From Psammoneis japonica (taxonomy: Eukaryota), in assembly GCA_008632985.1 (NCBI GenBank), contig QPGO01000062.1, forward strand, positions 186,001-250,000: a stretch of 64,000 nt of DNA, written 5' to 3'. Shown one piece after another: positions 35,711-48,969 of this stretch; the stretch's first letter is position 1, and each line of letters begins with the position of its first letter. Below the pieces are notes generated by a model. It did no database searches, was not told where the DNA came from, and worked only from the letters and a program-made list of their open reading frames with translations. Both the position numbers and the translations under genes were made by a program.

Positions 35711-36568
35711 CGATTGCTGTAATAGCCGACGATCTAAAAACACAACGATCAACGATCGAGATGAGAAAAAATGACGACTACTCCTCGGTTTTGAGGAGTC
35801 TGGCTGCTATGCGCACAGTCCGCGCGCGCTTCCACGTTGGCAACTTCACACTTTTCTCCGACCTGCGACCGACCGCCGATGACATGCGTTGCATTAATTT
35901 GTTCTTTGAAACAAAAACAAAGAGCAATAGCGAGAAACATCAAAATGAAAATGGTATTTTGGCAATTCATCTTGTTGCTCTTTGCTTCCCTAGCTACTAG
36001 CCAGCAGTGCAGAAGGACAAGTCAGTGCACAGACATCATCAGGGCACTGCTTCGCACGCCACGCACGGCAGGGGCCCCTCCGTTGTGCGCGGTTTGTTGC
36101 GTGCAAACTGCGAAATACTGTATAATATACTCATCGATGTATGCCACTAATACAAGTGATGACATCGATCAGCCAATCAGAATCCAAAACGGTAGGGAAT
36201 GGGTGTCAAAATTCCGTTTGAAACAGAAATTTTTGGCAAGCTAAAAATCACATCGTTTCTGCTCACTATTCACTGTTCATGGCTCTACGGCCGGGTTTCT
36301 ACAGCAAGACGAGTCGTCGTTCATGACATCTCGAAGACTCGACTCGCGGGGACCGAATGAACGCGAATCTGGACGGAACGGTGGTCTGACTGTCTTCCAG
36401 GACGTGTCAAGCTTTTGTTCTTCATGTTCTTCGGGTTCGGATTGGGGACCATCATTGATCTCGTTTCTAGTTCTTCTTTCCCACAGAATGAGAAAGATAC
36501 TGCTACTAAATTGCGATCTCGGTTGGTTACAGTAGGGTTTATTCGAAAAATCAGGAAGTGAGACGATC

Positions 36569-39500
36569 ATGAAGCTTTGGAGCACTCTAATGGTGAGCCT
36601 TAGCACTGTCGGCTGGCTAGTTTCTGGTGCGAAAGGCCAAGGGACCGACGTTGTATTCATCGTGGATGGATCAGGAAGTATTGACTCGACAGACTTTCAG
36701 CTGCAGAAGAATGGTATCGTCGCAGCCCTGAAAGATCCTTCCCGCGTTCCTGTCGACGGGACCATTGCAGTCGCTGTTGTGCAGTTCTCTACTAATGCGC
36801 AGGTTGAGTTTCCTTACCGACTTATCAGTACCCAAGCTGACCTTGACGCTGCCACGAACGCAGTCCTTGGCTTTAGCCAAATCGGAGGAAGCACCGGACC
36901 GGGCGAGGGTATCAATACGGCATCTTCTGCATTTGCATCTGCCTTTCGTCCCGGTGCCACGCAGTCTTTCTGTCTTACCACTGACGGTGTTAGGAATGTA
37001 GGAGCGACTGTTGGGTCTGCTGTTGACAGCGCCAAAAGTGCATCCTACGTCCTGGACAGATTCAGCGTGATTGCCATTGAAGATGGACCTGGCGCCCTTG
37101 CAGCTGATTTTGAGGCTGAATACGGACCACACGTGTTTAATGGTGGTGATGTGTTTACGACTCGTGAGTTTACCGAGTTTGCCAATACAGTTGGTGCACT
37201 TTGCTTTCCAAATGAAGCCAAACTTGTTGGAATCGAAGTCACACAGACTATCCAAGATCTCAAGAACAGTGTTACTTTGGTTGAAAAGAAGCCGACCCTG
37301 GTTCGCTCGTACTTTGAACCCAAGACTGGCGGACCACCCAGTGTTCCGGTACAGGCGCGTCTCATCGGCCGCCGGGGTGGAAGCGAACTGTCTGGATCTC
37401 CCCTCACCGCTTCATTCAACCCCACCATTACAGCGCAAGTTGGAGCTCTTGCTCGGCGCAATACACGCGGTGATAGTTTAAACTTTGAGCTGCCCAGTTC
37501 TTGGCTTTCGGGCACGATTGAGCTTGAAGTTGAACTTGTAGGGGGTGACCTGGAATGCAAAGAAGTGGCCGGACCCACACAGGATGATTGCAAGGTAACC
37601 GTCACATTCGCCCAAGGTTCAGAAGTCGAAGTCAAATTCGTCACTTTGACTTACAAAGACGGGGTACGACCTTCACGCCAGCGAGTGGCAATAATCTCAA
37701 ACTCGAGCAGCGTCTCAAGGGAATCTTCCCGGTTGCTCGAGTTGACGCAACGACCTCAGCGCTTACTCTCCCTTCTGGATCACAAACATCATCTTCCATT
37801 CTACTCAGGCTTAAACTCCTCCGGTTGGTGGATTGCATCGCTAGTCTTCTATCGTTTAGTCTCTGCGATTTGGATCGACAGTACTATGGCGTCGTGGCAT
37901 CGGCCGGCAGGGTTGAGGGCTTTGGTGGGGAAGCTGATGGGATTCCCGGTGCTGTTAGCTGGGGCATATACAGAGATGGAGGTTCGTATGGCAGCAACCG
38001 ACATGCTCACGAAATAGGACACACTCTCGGCCGTAGCCACGCAACATCTGTTGCTAATTCTCACTGTGGAGCCACCTCAGGTGGTGTCACTTATCCTACA
38101 GGAACTGTGAGCGGTGTGACCGTGGTACCCATTGGTCCTCTCGCTCCCGACAATGATGTCATTTTTGGTTGGGATGATCGTGAAAAACGCGTGATAGACC
38201 CAACAGTCAACTACGAGTTGATGAGCTACTGCGGCAACGGAGCATCGATTAATCGTGAGAGATGGATATCCAAGACCACGTACGAAGCCATTCGTACCAT
38301 TGTCAACGGCGAATTCGACGCCGTCCGTCGACTTGAGCAAGTCACAAACGCCATCAAGACAGCGCCCCATCTGCGAAGGGTGCAAGCAACGACAACTTAT
38401 TGTACCTACCGAGGTGTGATTGGCTTGACATCCCCCACCGCCACCGCCCTTTTCCCGGTAGATTCGTTTGTGCTTCCGACAGGAAGCACACTTCCTCCAG
38501 GTTTGACTACTCCTCCGGGATCCTTTAAGCTCCAGACACTTGGCTCCGCTGCTGTGTTGACAGAGCTTCCATTCCAGCCTCAAGTTACAGTTACTGACAT
38601 CCTAGAAGGAGAAACAAACGACCCAGTCAAAAATGAGGCAGTGTTCCTACTCGCTGCTGTGTGCGACAGTGGCGTCGACACAATCCGAGTCGTCGATGAC
38701 ACTGGTGCTGAGCTGACTTCCCTTTTGGTGTCCCCGAGCGCACCTACTGTTGAGGTTACATACCCTAACGGTGGTGAAAGCCTTGCCGGAGATACCGTTG
38801 TCATTGAGTGGACCGGAGCCGATGCCGATGGTGATAGTCTGACTTATTTTGTCGCATTTTCACCGGATGGAGGCAATACATGGTTGTCTCTTGCATTCGA
38901 TTATACTGAAACAACCCTCACTGTACCCCTGTCCGATCTCGGAGAAACCAACAATGGCCTGATTCGGGTGCGGGTCAGTGACGGATATAACACTGGGGAA
39001 GATGTCTCTGATGGAACTTTCATCACACCGAACACCCCCCCTCTTCTGGAGATTACCTCCCCTGCTGATGGTACTGTTTTCTCCGGTGTACAGTCCATCT
39101 TCTTTCGAGCTGTTACGTTTGATAGTGAAGATGGCAACATTGATGATTCGGTGACCTGGACATCCAGCATTGATGGATCTCTCGGAGCTGGAGAGTTGGA
39201 TCTGTCGGCGTCGCAACTTTCGGAGGGAGATCATCAGATCACTGCCACAGCTACGGATTCCAACACGGCATCAACTGATGACTCTATCACCATCACGATA
39301 TTCCGTATAGCTCCACCAGTCGCGAATCAGCCACCTGTCGCCAACTGTCAGGACGTCACGTTACCAGCGTTACTTGGCTGTCAGGCGGACGCAAGTATTG
39401 ATGATGGAACCAGCGGCGACCCAGAGGATTCGAATCCTATTATCACGCAGACTCCGCCCGGCCCATACGGTATCGGAGACACTGTTGTGACCTTGTCTGT

Positions 39501-40143
39501 TGAAGACACTCAGGGTCTAGTCGCTAGCTGCATAGCAACTGTCACGATCGTGGACGATGAAGCTCTGAACCCTGATAACATCGTCTGTGGTGATCCAGAC
39601 ATGATCTCGCCATGTGACACTCCAGCCCAGTACAATCCTGTCTACCAGATGCCAGGACTGCCAGCACTGACCAAGGCAAATGGCTGTCCTGTCTTCCGTC
39701 CTTCGGGAGGTTCTGTGCGAAGCTTGGCCTGCCAAGCTTGTAACCGTGCCGGCAAGATTGTCGAGCGCGATTGTGTTGTCAGCGTTGACGATGCTTTAAT
39801 TAGCATTGAAGATAGTGGAGGAGTCGGCAGTTTTGTTAGTTTCGAGGCTTCTTTTGAAGACATTAATGGATTTGTCATCTCTGACGTTTGTACCGTGTGC
39901 GTTGAAAAGCCAGAACAAGGGTGTAATGGAGGTGGCAATGGTGGTGGTATTTTTGGGCGTCCCAGACGTCTAAAGGGTAAACGTGGAAAGAGTAAACGTG
40001 GAAAGAGTAAACGTGAAAAGCGTAAACGTGAAAAGCGTAAACGTGGAAAGGACAAACGTCGAAAGGATAAACGTAGAAGGGGTAGAGGGTTTTCCTGCGA
40101 AGGTTGGTCCATCAAAAACGAGTTCATTTGTCCTGCCCCGTAG
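36569..40143 (+). CDS. Secreted VWA-domain zinc metallopeptidase with Ig-like repeats and basic tail (1-nt frameshift at the GGGG run near 37661)
   Basis: Signal peptide; DVVFIVDGSGS (MIDAS), TTDG; HAHEIGHTLGRSH (38008-38022) and YELMSYC Met-turn; PTVEVTYPNGGE and GEHQIT-like Ig domains. Confidence 0.82.
39979..40080 (+). repeat. 15-bp coding tandem repeat (aaacgtggaaagagt-like) encoding KRGKS/KREKR
   Basis: About 7 degenerate units directly after an RRL motif. Confidence 0.85.
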
Positions 40144-40424
40144 ACAAGTAGTGACGAGCAAGGAGATTTACATGCAAAAATGAAGTGTGCCCGCGGATAG
40201 CGTGGGAGTTTATGTGTAGGCGGTCGTTGTCGGCTCGAGCTTCTCGATGTTCAAGCCATCAAAGATGCGCCAGTTACCGAAAATAGCAAAATGTATAACC
40301 AAATGTTTTCTTTTGATTTCTAACGAATCTTAATGGAGACTCTGAACTCTAGCATTTAGCTGAACTTGGCTGAACCTCTTATTTCCTGATGAGAGACCGA
40401 TGAGAGATGAGAAAAAGTGAACGG

Positions 40425-40625
40425 CTACTCTTTCTCTACCAGCTAGCTAGCTAGCTCTACTACTCTCTCTAGAGCTAGAGCTAGCTCTCCTACCTCTACT
40501 CTCTCTAGAGAGAGTAGCTCTGCAGTACTCTACCTCTAGCTAGAGCTACTCTCTAGAGCTAGAGCTACTCTCTAGAGCTAGAGCTACTCTAGAGTAGAGA
40601 GTAGATACCGGTAGAGTAGAATAGA
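40425..40625. repeat. CTAG/TAGAG island
   Basis: Repeated ctagagctactctctagag; palindrome CTACTCTAGAGTAG at 40584-40597. Confidence 0.85.
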
Positions 40626-40706
40626 GATGACGCGGTTTTCAGTCTGGCCGCTATGCGCTCGGTCCGCGTGCGCTTCCACCTTCCACGTTGAACTATTCGA
40701 ATTTTC

Positions 40707-40989
40707 NNNNNNNNNNNNNNNNNNNNNNNNNNNNNNNNNNNNNNNNNNNNNNNNNNNNNNNNNNNNNNNNNNNNNNNNNNNNNNNNNNNNNNNNNNNNNN
40801 NNNNNNNNNNNNNNNNNNNNNNNNNNNNNNNNNNNNNNNNNNNNNNNNNNNNNNNNNNNNNNNNNNNNNNNNNNNNNNNNNNNNNNNNNNNNNNNNNNNN
40901 NNNNNNNNNNNNNNNNNNNNNNNNNNNNNNNNNNNNNNNNNNNNNNNNNNNNNNNNNNNNNNNNNNNNNNNNNNNNNNNNNNNNNNNNN
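40707..40989. other. Assembly gap (N run)
   Basis: Run of n characters. Confidence 1.
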
Positions 40990-41388
40990 GGGCCGACCTT
41001 GGTCGGCCGGGCCAAATCCCAAACTGAGCCCTCAGGATGCCATTGATATTGTTGCCGTGATTGAAAGCACAAGGAAAGATCCCGAAACCATGCTGATGGT
41101 GAACCGAATGAAAACGGTGACGGCCAAGACGCGTACGAAAAATTTACAGCCGACCTGTCGCCGGTGGAGATTGTGGCTGGGCTCAAGCAAGGACTGGACG
41201 AGCTGAAAATGCTAGAAATTCTCTTCAAAGACAAAGAAAGAGCGTTGAAAGCCATGACGGAAGATGGCATGATTGATAAGAAACGATTGAAAGACTACAA
41301 GAAGAACCCAGATCTACTAGAGGAGGATACAAGGAAAGGCTTGTTCTTTACGTTTGTTTCCCTAGCGGTTGCTGGAGGCTACTTGTAG
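40990..41388 (+). CDS. 3' part of a hypothetical protein (5' end in the gap; frameshifted)
   Basis: LKQGLDELKMLEILFKD...NPDLLEEDTRKGLFFTFVSLAVAGGYL* has protein-like composition; an upstream frame gives LSPQDAIDIVAVIES. Confidence 0.55.
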
Positions 41389-41748
41389 TCTTACGTTGGA
41401 TGGCACGGTCGAGTGCCGCTAGAATGAAGTTTTGAATGACTTTTGTTGAATGTTGAATTGGTGGGCATTTTCTGTTTCTTCTGTTCCCAGGTCTTCTCTC
41501 TCTACGATAGTTTCAGGTCTCTTACTCGGAAACCATCAAATCATAACTAAGAACTATATGCTATGGCTTGAAAACCATGTGTCAGCAATCTAGTGCAACT
41601 GCAAGGGAATATCTCATAGGCAAAGCCTCATTAGAAAGGGATCATCTGAGTTACACGTGCATAGGGACATCATGTCGAACCAACATGCCATTGAAAGGAC
41701 GGCCATTTTACTGGTTATGAAACTATTGTAAAGGCAACATTTAGACAA

Positions 41749-43547
41749 CTACTTGTAGCTTGGAACATACATTCCGGAACTCATATTGATCTCGGGTTCA
41801 GCGGTCGGTTGCGAGGTATCAATCTCGGGTTCGGCGGGCGGGGCTGTTGGTTGCACGGACGGCGGCGGAGCATCCATTGCTGCGAAAACGGAATGCTGGT
41901 GCTAGTAGTGGCTGGCTGGGACTGCGTATAGTAAGTCGAAGCTGACTGTTGTCCATAGGGTGATCCGTAATTTGTTTGCTGTGATTGTCCATAAGACTGC
42001 TGATGAGGTTGCTGGGCAGTTGTCGAAGACTGCTCCTGTTGTTGCTGCTGCTCCTCCTCTTGTTTCTTCTTTCGCGCTCGATAGCACAGCCAGACGGAGA
42101 CGGAGAGCGACGCCACTACGATAGGTACGGCAATGGCGGGTCGATAAAAGCACCAACCGATTGCAATGAAAAACAAGCTGAGGGGAAGTGCAATCAAGAC
42201 AGCCACTAGCGGGAACAGGCACTTCTCCATGCCTCCCTGCATGTAATCTCCAATAAAAGGGATAATATCAACGGCTGTTGCCATGGGCTGTAGAATCAAA
42301 AGAATGGAAATCACCATGAGCGCAAAGCCGACAAAGCGGATAATCCATGTTTGGGTCTCGTTGTCTTTTTCGGCTTGGACAAAGAGATCCTCGGCTGCAG
42401 CAATTCCGCGTTTCAAGAACAAGATCTCTCCACCCCGACTCGTGACAAAGGGAATCAGTTGACCCTGTGTGTAGAGAGCAACAACGCTGATAGTATCCGG
42501 CGCTACAGCGTAAAAGGCCATGCGCGTGTCGCCCACTACTGGAGCCGAGTTCGTTCCTGTTCCGTAATACAACCCGTTCTTTCCAACCTTTGTGACTCTG
42601 TTCCGTAACTGTGAGTCGGGAATGTCTTCTATAGAGATGTCAGACAGAGGTTCAAACCATTGGATCAAATCAGTAACGGGACTGGAGAGGACAATGGATC
42701 CGAGTAGAATAGGATCGGCTGTGAGACTCAGAGATTCAAAGGGAAAGGCGCTTGGATTCCTTAATTCTTCTCTCTGTCTGTGGAAGTTGTTTGAATTGAT
42801 AAGGTAACTGGACCAAACCTTTTCATACGAGTAGGTAGTTTCGGTCCGAGTTCCGCCGTTTGCCGTCTTTATCTGGCGACTGCTACTCCGTTCTTGCCAC
42901 TGATACATTTCTGAGAATCGCCTGAGTCGCAATGCTTCACCTTTTCCTACTGAAACATTGAAAATTGGATCTGCCAAACTCGTGTTCGTCGTGAGCGGTC
43001 CCGTGATATGAATCAGCTTGTTGTCAAACCCGCTCGTTGTTGGGTCGGATATGTTTTGAAACTTTGACAGGATGACTTCCACCACGTTTTCTCGTGCTTC
43101 GTCAATGTCCTTGTAACGTGCGACAGCTCGTCCTTCGTTCCAGAGCAACAGTCCAATGCTACCAAAGAACAAAAGAAAGCCAATCACAACACCCGTGCAC
43201 GTGTTCTTGAGCTTGCTTCCATACGACTGATAGGTGGATTCTGTAAACTCAAAGTCGCGACTTTTTTCGCCAAGCTCCTCGTCGACACCCGCATCTGAAA
43301 CATTCTTTTCATTGATAACAGCATCATCTGTGGTACTCTCTTCAGGGACACTGCGACTGCTGTTACCATTTTTCTCGTCAACATTAGCATCGGCAGCAGC
43401 ATTTTCATCCACGACAGCATCATCTGCCGTGCTTTCTTGTGGGATACTTTTGTCATCCGCCTCGTCGTCTACAACATCCTTTTCTTCGACGATTGCAACA
43501 TCTGTCGTGCTCTCTTCAGGGGCATCAGCTTCTTCAATGTCAGACAT
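41749..43547 (-). CDS. TMEM43: TMEM43/LUMA (DUF1625) family membrane protein (frameshift near 41875)
   Basis: Acidic repeats; GVVIGFLLF...LLLWNEGRAV; EMYQWQE; YSYEKVWSS.LINS; VGDTR; TWIIRFVG...IIPFIG...IAIGWCFYRP. Confidence 0.88.
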
Positions 43548-43997
43548 GCTCCGTAAGAATCCTTGTGATTTGGTAAAACCGGGAATGCGTTGTGTGGACT
43601 GCGTTTTCGAATTTGTGATCTTTCCCAAAGATGTCGTCGCGATAGGTAGAATTTAGTTTTTTGTGTCGCGTTTGCTTTTGGCGACGCGCAAAAAACGGGA
43701 CCGCGCCTTGATCTGCACCGCGACGAAAAACCGGCGCGATGTTATCCAGTTCAGTCTGAAGTCGTCTGGAAACTGCGGAACCACTTGTGGATCTTCTACG
43801 ACGATACACTGTTTGAGAGGTTATAAGCTTTCCTGCCCCTGGAATCTCAAGCACGACCAGTCTCTTTCTGCCACCAACGCTATTGATTTTCTACTAGAGA
43901 CATCCTTCTAAAGTCTTCTCTAAAATCATTTAGAGATTTTTAACTACTGAAAGGCACTCGGCGACATTTACTCCGCCCGTGCACTCCTTTTCTCACT

Positions 43998-45936
43998 CTA
44001 GTGAAGTCCCAAATCATTGACATAACACTTGATGGAGTGGTTTCTGTACGGCTGGCGAAGCTTGTGCAAAGCCCGAACTTCAATTTGTCGTATGCGCTCT
44101 CGTGTGACAGAGAAGCGCTTTCCAATTTGTTCAAGAGTTTTCGACTTGCCGTCATCCAATCCATAACGCATACGAATGACGGCTTGCTCCCTACTATTAA
44201 GCGTGCAAAGGAGCCGCGAAATGTCGTCCTTGAGCATTTGGTACGTGGCTTCATCGATAGGCTTTTGTTCGGGGTCGCTCATGATATCCCCAAGGGTTAT
44301 TGCCTGGCCGCCACCGGCACCACCACGAGCTCCGCCGGTGCTGGCCGACGACCCCTTTGTTTTTGAAGTTTGAATCTGATGCTCCATGGAAATAGCATGC
44401 TGGGTGTTTCGCCTCAAGAAATCAATCTTTTTGACATCCAAATTGGTGCGTTCACTCAGCTCGTCAATCGTTGGTTCTCGTCCAAGTTCCTGTTTCAAAT
44501 CACGTTCATGCCTATTCAACGAATTCAATTGATCGTGAATGTGTACCGGGAGTCGAATCGTGCGTCCTTGATCTGCTATACCCCGGAGAATGCTTTGCTT
44601 GATCCACCAGGTGGCATATGTCGAGAACCGGAAGCCGAGTTCGGGATCAAACCTTTCACAAGCCTTGGTAAGGCCCAAAATACCCTCCTGGGAGACGTCC
44701 TGGAAACTCAAGCCGCGGTTCTGGTACCTCTTGGCAATGGACACCACCAAACGAATGTTGGACTCAGTCAAGGCAGCCTTGGCTCGGAGAGAACGGCGGA
44801 TCTGCTTCTTAAGGTCGGCAACCGTCATGCCAGGTTTCACTGCTTCAGCCCACTCTGCATATGTTGGAGGCCTGAAATTGAACCGGATACGACAGCCATA
44901 AGGTAAGTGTAATCTGACATGAATCAAATTCACCCTCCTTCTTAGCTCTCAACATGCACTCACCTGATTAACTTGGTCTCCAACTCTTCACGCGTTTTTT
45001 CCCACTTGAGTAGTATTTGAATTTCTCTTGCCAAAATAATTTCTTCGTTCTTGTTCAAAAGTTCATGGTCACACATGGTTTTGATGTAGGATCTAATCGA
45101 ATCGTATCCCGTCTCCTTGACAGAAGCACGCACTCGTCGGCGAGGCTGCTCTTGTTTCAATTGTTCCTTATTGGTTGCACGTGGTGGTGGAGTTTTGGTT
45201 GTTTCTTCCGCACTTTTCGATAGTTTCTCTTTTTCTTGATCAAACGTCGAGGCAAAATCATTAAACACATTTCCGACCAAGTGATTGTTATTATTCTCTA
45301 GACTTTTCTGCAAGTCGTTCAAAACAGGTGCCACACCACCGGATGATTCATCTTTCTCCGCTGTAGCAATCGTTGCAAAAATGTCTGGATTTTCCACTAG
45401 ACTACTTTTCAAAAATACAGGTCTTCTAGTCGAACTTCTACCAGCAAATCCATGACATGCAGGAAGAGCCACTAGAAAGAGAGAGGAGCAAAACGATGTG
45501 TGAGATGATGTATCATGACACATACTTGCGGAATGTGTGAGTACGTGGCAATCATCAGGTTATGGGATATTGTGTACGGCAATCTGCGTAGCCATAGTAC
45601 TGTCCGTACGTCACCCGTCACATAAGTGATGGGTTGTGCTTCAGCGAGCACCATGACAATGGCTGGCGAACAACCAGCGCATCCATCACCGACACGTTCG
45701 CCCATAAGCCACCCATACGATCACGGTTGAGCCTCATAAGTGTCTTTCTATCAACGAAAGATCGAAAAACCTCTCCCCTAGTCGAATTGAATGCTTCATA
45801 CCGCCATCTCACATCGCACACCAAAAATTGTATCTTTCGACTTGTGCTTACCAACAAGAAGAGCCATTGCTGCGGTCACTCCTGCCGCTCTTCTCACAAG
45901 TGGAGTCGATTGCCTTGTTCTCGCAACCGTATCCAT
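43998..45936 (-). CDS. Nucleus-encoded plastid RNA polymerase sigma-70 factor; introns 45851-45472 and 44963-44872
   Basis: Signal peptide ending CHG-F; region 1.2 [40 protein letters not shown]; region 4 [20 protein letters not shown]. Confidence 0.93.
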
Positions 45937-46887
45937 GCTGCTTTGTTGACAATCCATTTTAGATTCTCGTTGTGCTTCAGCGAGAGAAAGTGTGATGTGA
46001 TGGATTGAGTTGATGGATGGCAACGCTCGTCGCCATACATTTTCTACGCGGCAACGGCCGGCTTTTGCCGACAGCCTGTTGCTGTCAGGACCTCAACTCG
46101 TCTGTGTCAGAGGGCTGGACGAAATCATAAGTAGCGAGAAACCCTTTAAGTAATGAATTCTGATATAAGTATTAGTGTACAAATTTATTGAATGATGGTC
46201 GTTCGCAAGACAAGAAACAATGATACAGAATGACGTCTCACATCCAATCAAAACTGAGAATTGACACACGTCAAATTATGAAAATCTGACGTAATAAAAT
46301 AGATGAGAGCTCTGAAAGGCCACTAAAAACAGACAGCACAGCACAGCAACGAAGAGCAAGGAGTAACCACGTGTTCACTCGTTTGGAACTTCTCGAAGTT
46401 TTAAGCAACTGCTACTGAGGGCCTAGATTGGAAGACAACGTTTGAACTCTTCTCTAGCTAGATTAACAGAGAATCAAGCTGCTCTAATTGTTTGCTCTAT
46501 TTTGTGTAGTCAGCTCTTCAACTCCTCCTACGGTGCGTCATCTACTACATGCAATGCTAGAGAGTTAAAACTATTCTTAGGAAGTTTCTAGTTTCTCAAC
46601 TTGCAGAGTAACATAGCTTGTTATGCCATTGTCACTATGCTCTCCACCTAAGTCGTGCGTTAAGTAAGATATAATGGATGTATGAAGTCCTCCTCCTTGA
46701 GTAGACTGATCATGTTAGAGGTTGTGCTGCATTGACCCTCTAGAGAGAGTTTGTAGTTGCGCACCAACAGCTCATAAAGAAACTACAGTACAGTTGGTCT
46801 AAGAGAAATGATAAAATCAAAACGTGTATCTATAGAGTTCTACGTAGGACCAAAAAATGCTTGGTAGCTTCCCAGAGAAAAAGCGTT

Positions 46888-48605
46888 TTACAGAGACTCG
46901 GCACGAGCTTTGACAGCCTTTTCAAATTTCTCAAGTGCTTCATTCACTTGCTCCTCATTGACAATCAGTGGCGGAACAAATCGAACTACAGATGGACCGG
47001 CAGGGACCAAAAGCAATTGCTCCTTCATGGCATCACCCACCAACTCTCCCGCGGTGCACTGAGCGTCGTCATTGACCACCACACCAACAAGCAGTCCCCA
47101 TCCACGAACCTCTCCCAAAATCGTTGGGTACTTCTCCGCAAGTGCTTCCAATCCACTGCGCAATTGTCTAGCACGGGCATTGACATTTTCAAAGAAACCG
47201 GGTTCCGACATGGCCTTGGCGACCGCCAATCCAGCCGAGCACGCCAAGGGATTGCCACCATATGTAGAGGCGTGATCACCGGGTCCAAACACATCGGCAG
47301 CCTTGCCCCGAGCCATCATGGCACCAATCGGTACACCACCGCCCAAGGCCTTGGCAGACGTAAAGACATCGGGTTCCACGCCTCCCAAATTTTCATATCC
47401 CCAGAGTTTACCGGTGCGTCCCATTCCGACTTGAACTTCGTCACACACGAGCAAGGCATTGTTGTCATCACACAATTGACGAGCCTTATTGAAAAATTCG
47501 GGCGTGCCCGGTACGATGCCACCCTCACCCTGAAGCGCTTCCATCATGATGGCTGCCAGACCACGACCGGAGTCTAGCACTTCTTGGACCTTTTTCTCGA
47601 GTGCCTCGGGATCGTTGTAGGGGACATATTCAAAACCTTGAACCATTTCACCCTTGTATCCAAATCCCTTTTGGTACTTGGGCTGACCCGTGGCTGTAAT
47701 GGTGGCCAAGGAGCGACCGTGGAAGGAGTTTACAGCAGTAATGATAACTGGTGCCTGATGGGTAAGAAAATTTGAGAAAACGCATGAGAATACCATAGAT
47801 AAAAAAGAAATGGAGATTCAAATCATCTCCGACATCATCTACAGCAATATCAACAACATAGTATACACACCTCAACACCGTTATTATACGCATTTCGACG
47901 AGCCAATTTGATTGCGGCTTCGTTGGCTTCCGCACCCGAATTGCAAAAGAAGACCTTGTCGGCCACGGAGTTTTCGCAAAGCCACTTGGCCAGCTTGGCC
48001 TGAGCCGGAATGTAGTAGAGATTGGAAACGTGATGCACGGTAGACATTTGATCGATAATGGCATTGGTAAGATCTGGATGAGCATGGCCCAAGGCGCACG
48101 TGGCAATTCCAGAAACAAAGTCCAAGTACTCCTTGCCGTCGGTCGTGTACAACTTGCAGCCGTCGCCCTTTTCAATTGTAAGTGGATAGCGGCTGTAATA
48201 TTGAAGATTCGCATGGAACAAGAGCATAGTTATGAGTACAAAGGCTGAAACAGAGAAATCGTGCAAAAGATACTTTTTTCTCAGGAACAGATGAGAACTT
48301 TGAACGAGAATTGTCATTCTGAGCTTTCACTGAAACGCTCATCAGACGTGCTAAAGGTGCAGCGTGTAGCCAAGCACTTTTGACGATCACACAAAAGTCA
48401 CTTACCCATATGTCGTCTGCACATTTTCATCGTACATGCCTTGAATGTCGCTGCTACTGTCAGTGACAACCGGGGCAACAAGTTCTGTTTCAGCCACGGA
48501 TGCCTTTAGCGAAGAAGAAGCGGCCGAGCTGCGCGTACTAATGGCAAACGCATCCACAGACGCCGCCATGGCGAGAGCACATGCTAGAGACTTGCGAGAA
48601 AACAT
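46888..48605 (-). CDS. argD: Plastid-targeted acetylornithine aminotransferase; introns 48405-48193 and 47870-47755
   Basis: VDA-F signal cleavage; YLDFVSGIA, FFCNSGAEANEAAIKLAR, SFHGRS, CDEVQVGMGRTG, SAKALGGG, HASTYGGNPL. Confidence 0.95.
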
Positions 48606-48969
48606 TGGTGCAAAATTGGGTCACTTGCAACTACAACGACTTTTGTTGAGAACTGAGAAAATGAGAAGAAAGAATGCAACGCAAAAAAATCTTTTGGGTG
48701 GTGATGCGAGGAAAGATACGAAAGTGTGCATTTTCAAAAGCTTTCGTACTGAAAATACGTAGAAACCTACGGTGTTCTTTCCAGCTTCCGGCAAATCTAC
48801 TGACAGACAACAGACCATGCGTTTTCGTTCGCACGACTGACCTGAGTCATGCGCTTGGTTGCGTTCTTGGTCGTTCCAAAGGTGACATCGTAAGGGCTAA
48901 AATTCCAATCATCAGCTTCTACATAGAAAGGGCTGTGTGACGCCAATCAACTGAAAATTGTTAAAACAT

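Noticed and set aside
40584..41270. ORFs spanning the N run
   Set aside because: Artefacts of the assembly gap.
43998..48605. Bacterial contamination or operon (sigma-70 next to argD)
   Set aside because: Both have spliceosomal introns and bipartite plastid-targeting presequences.
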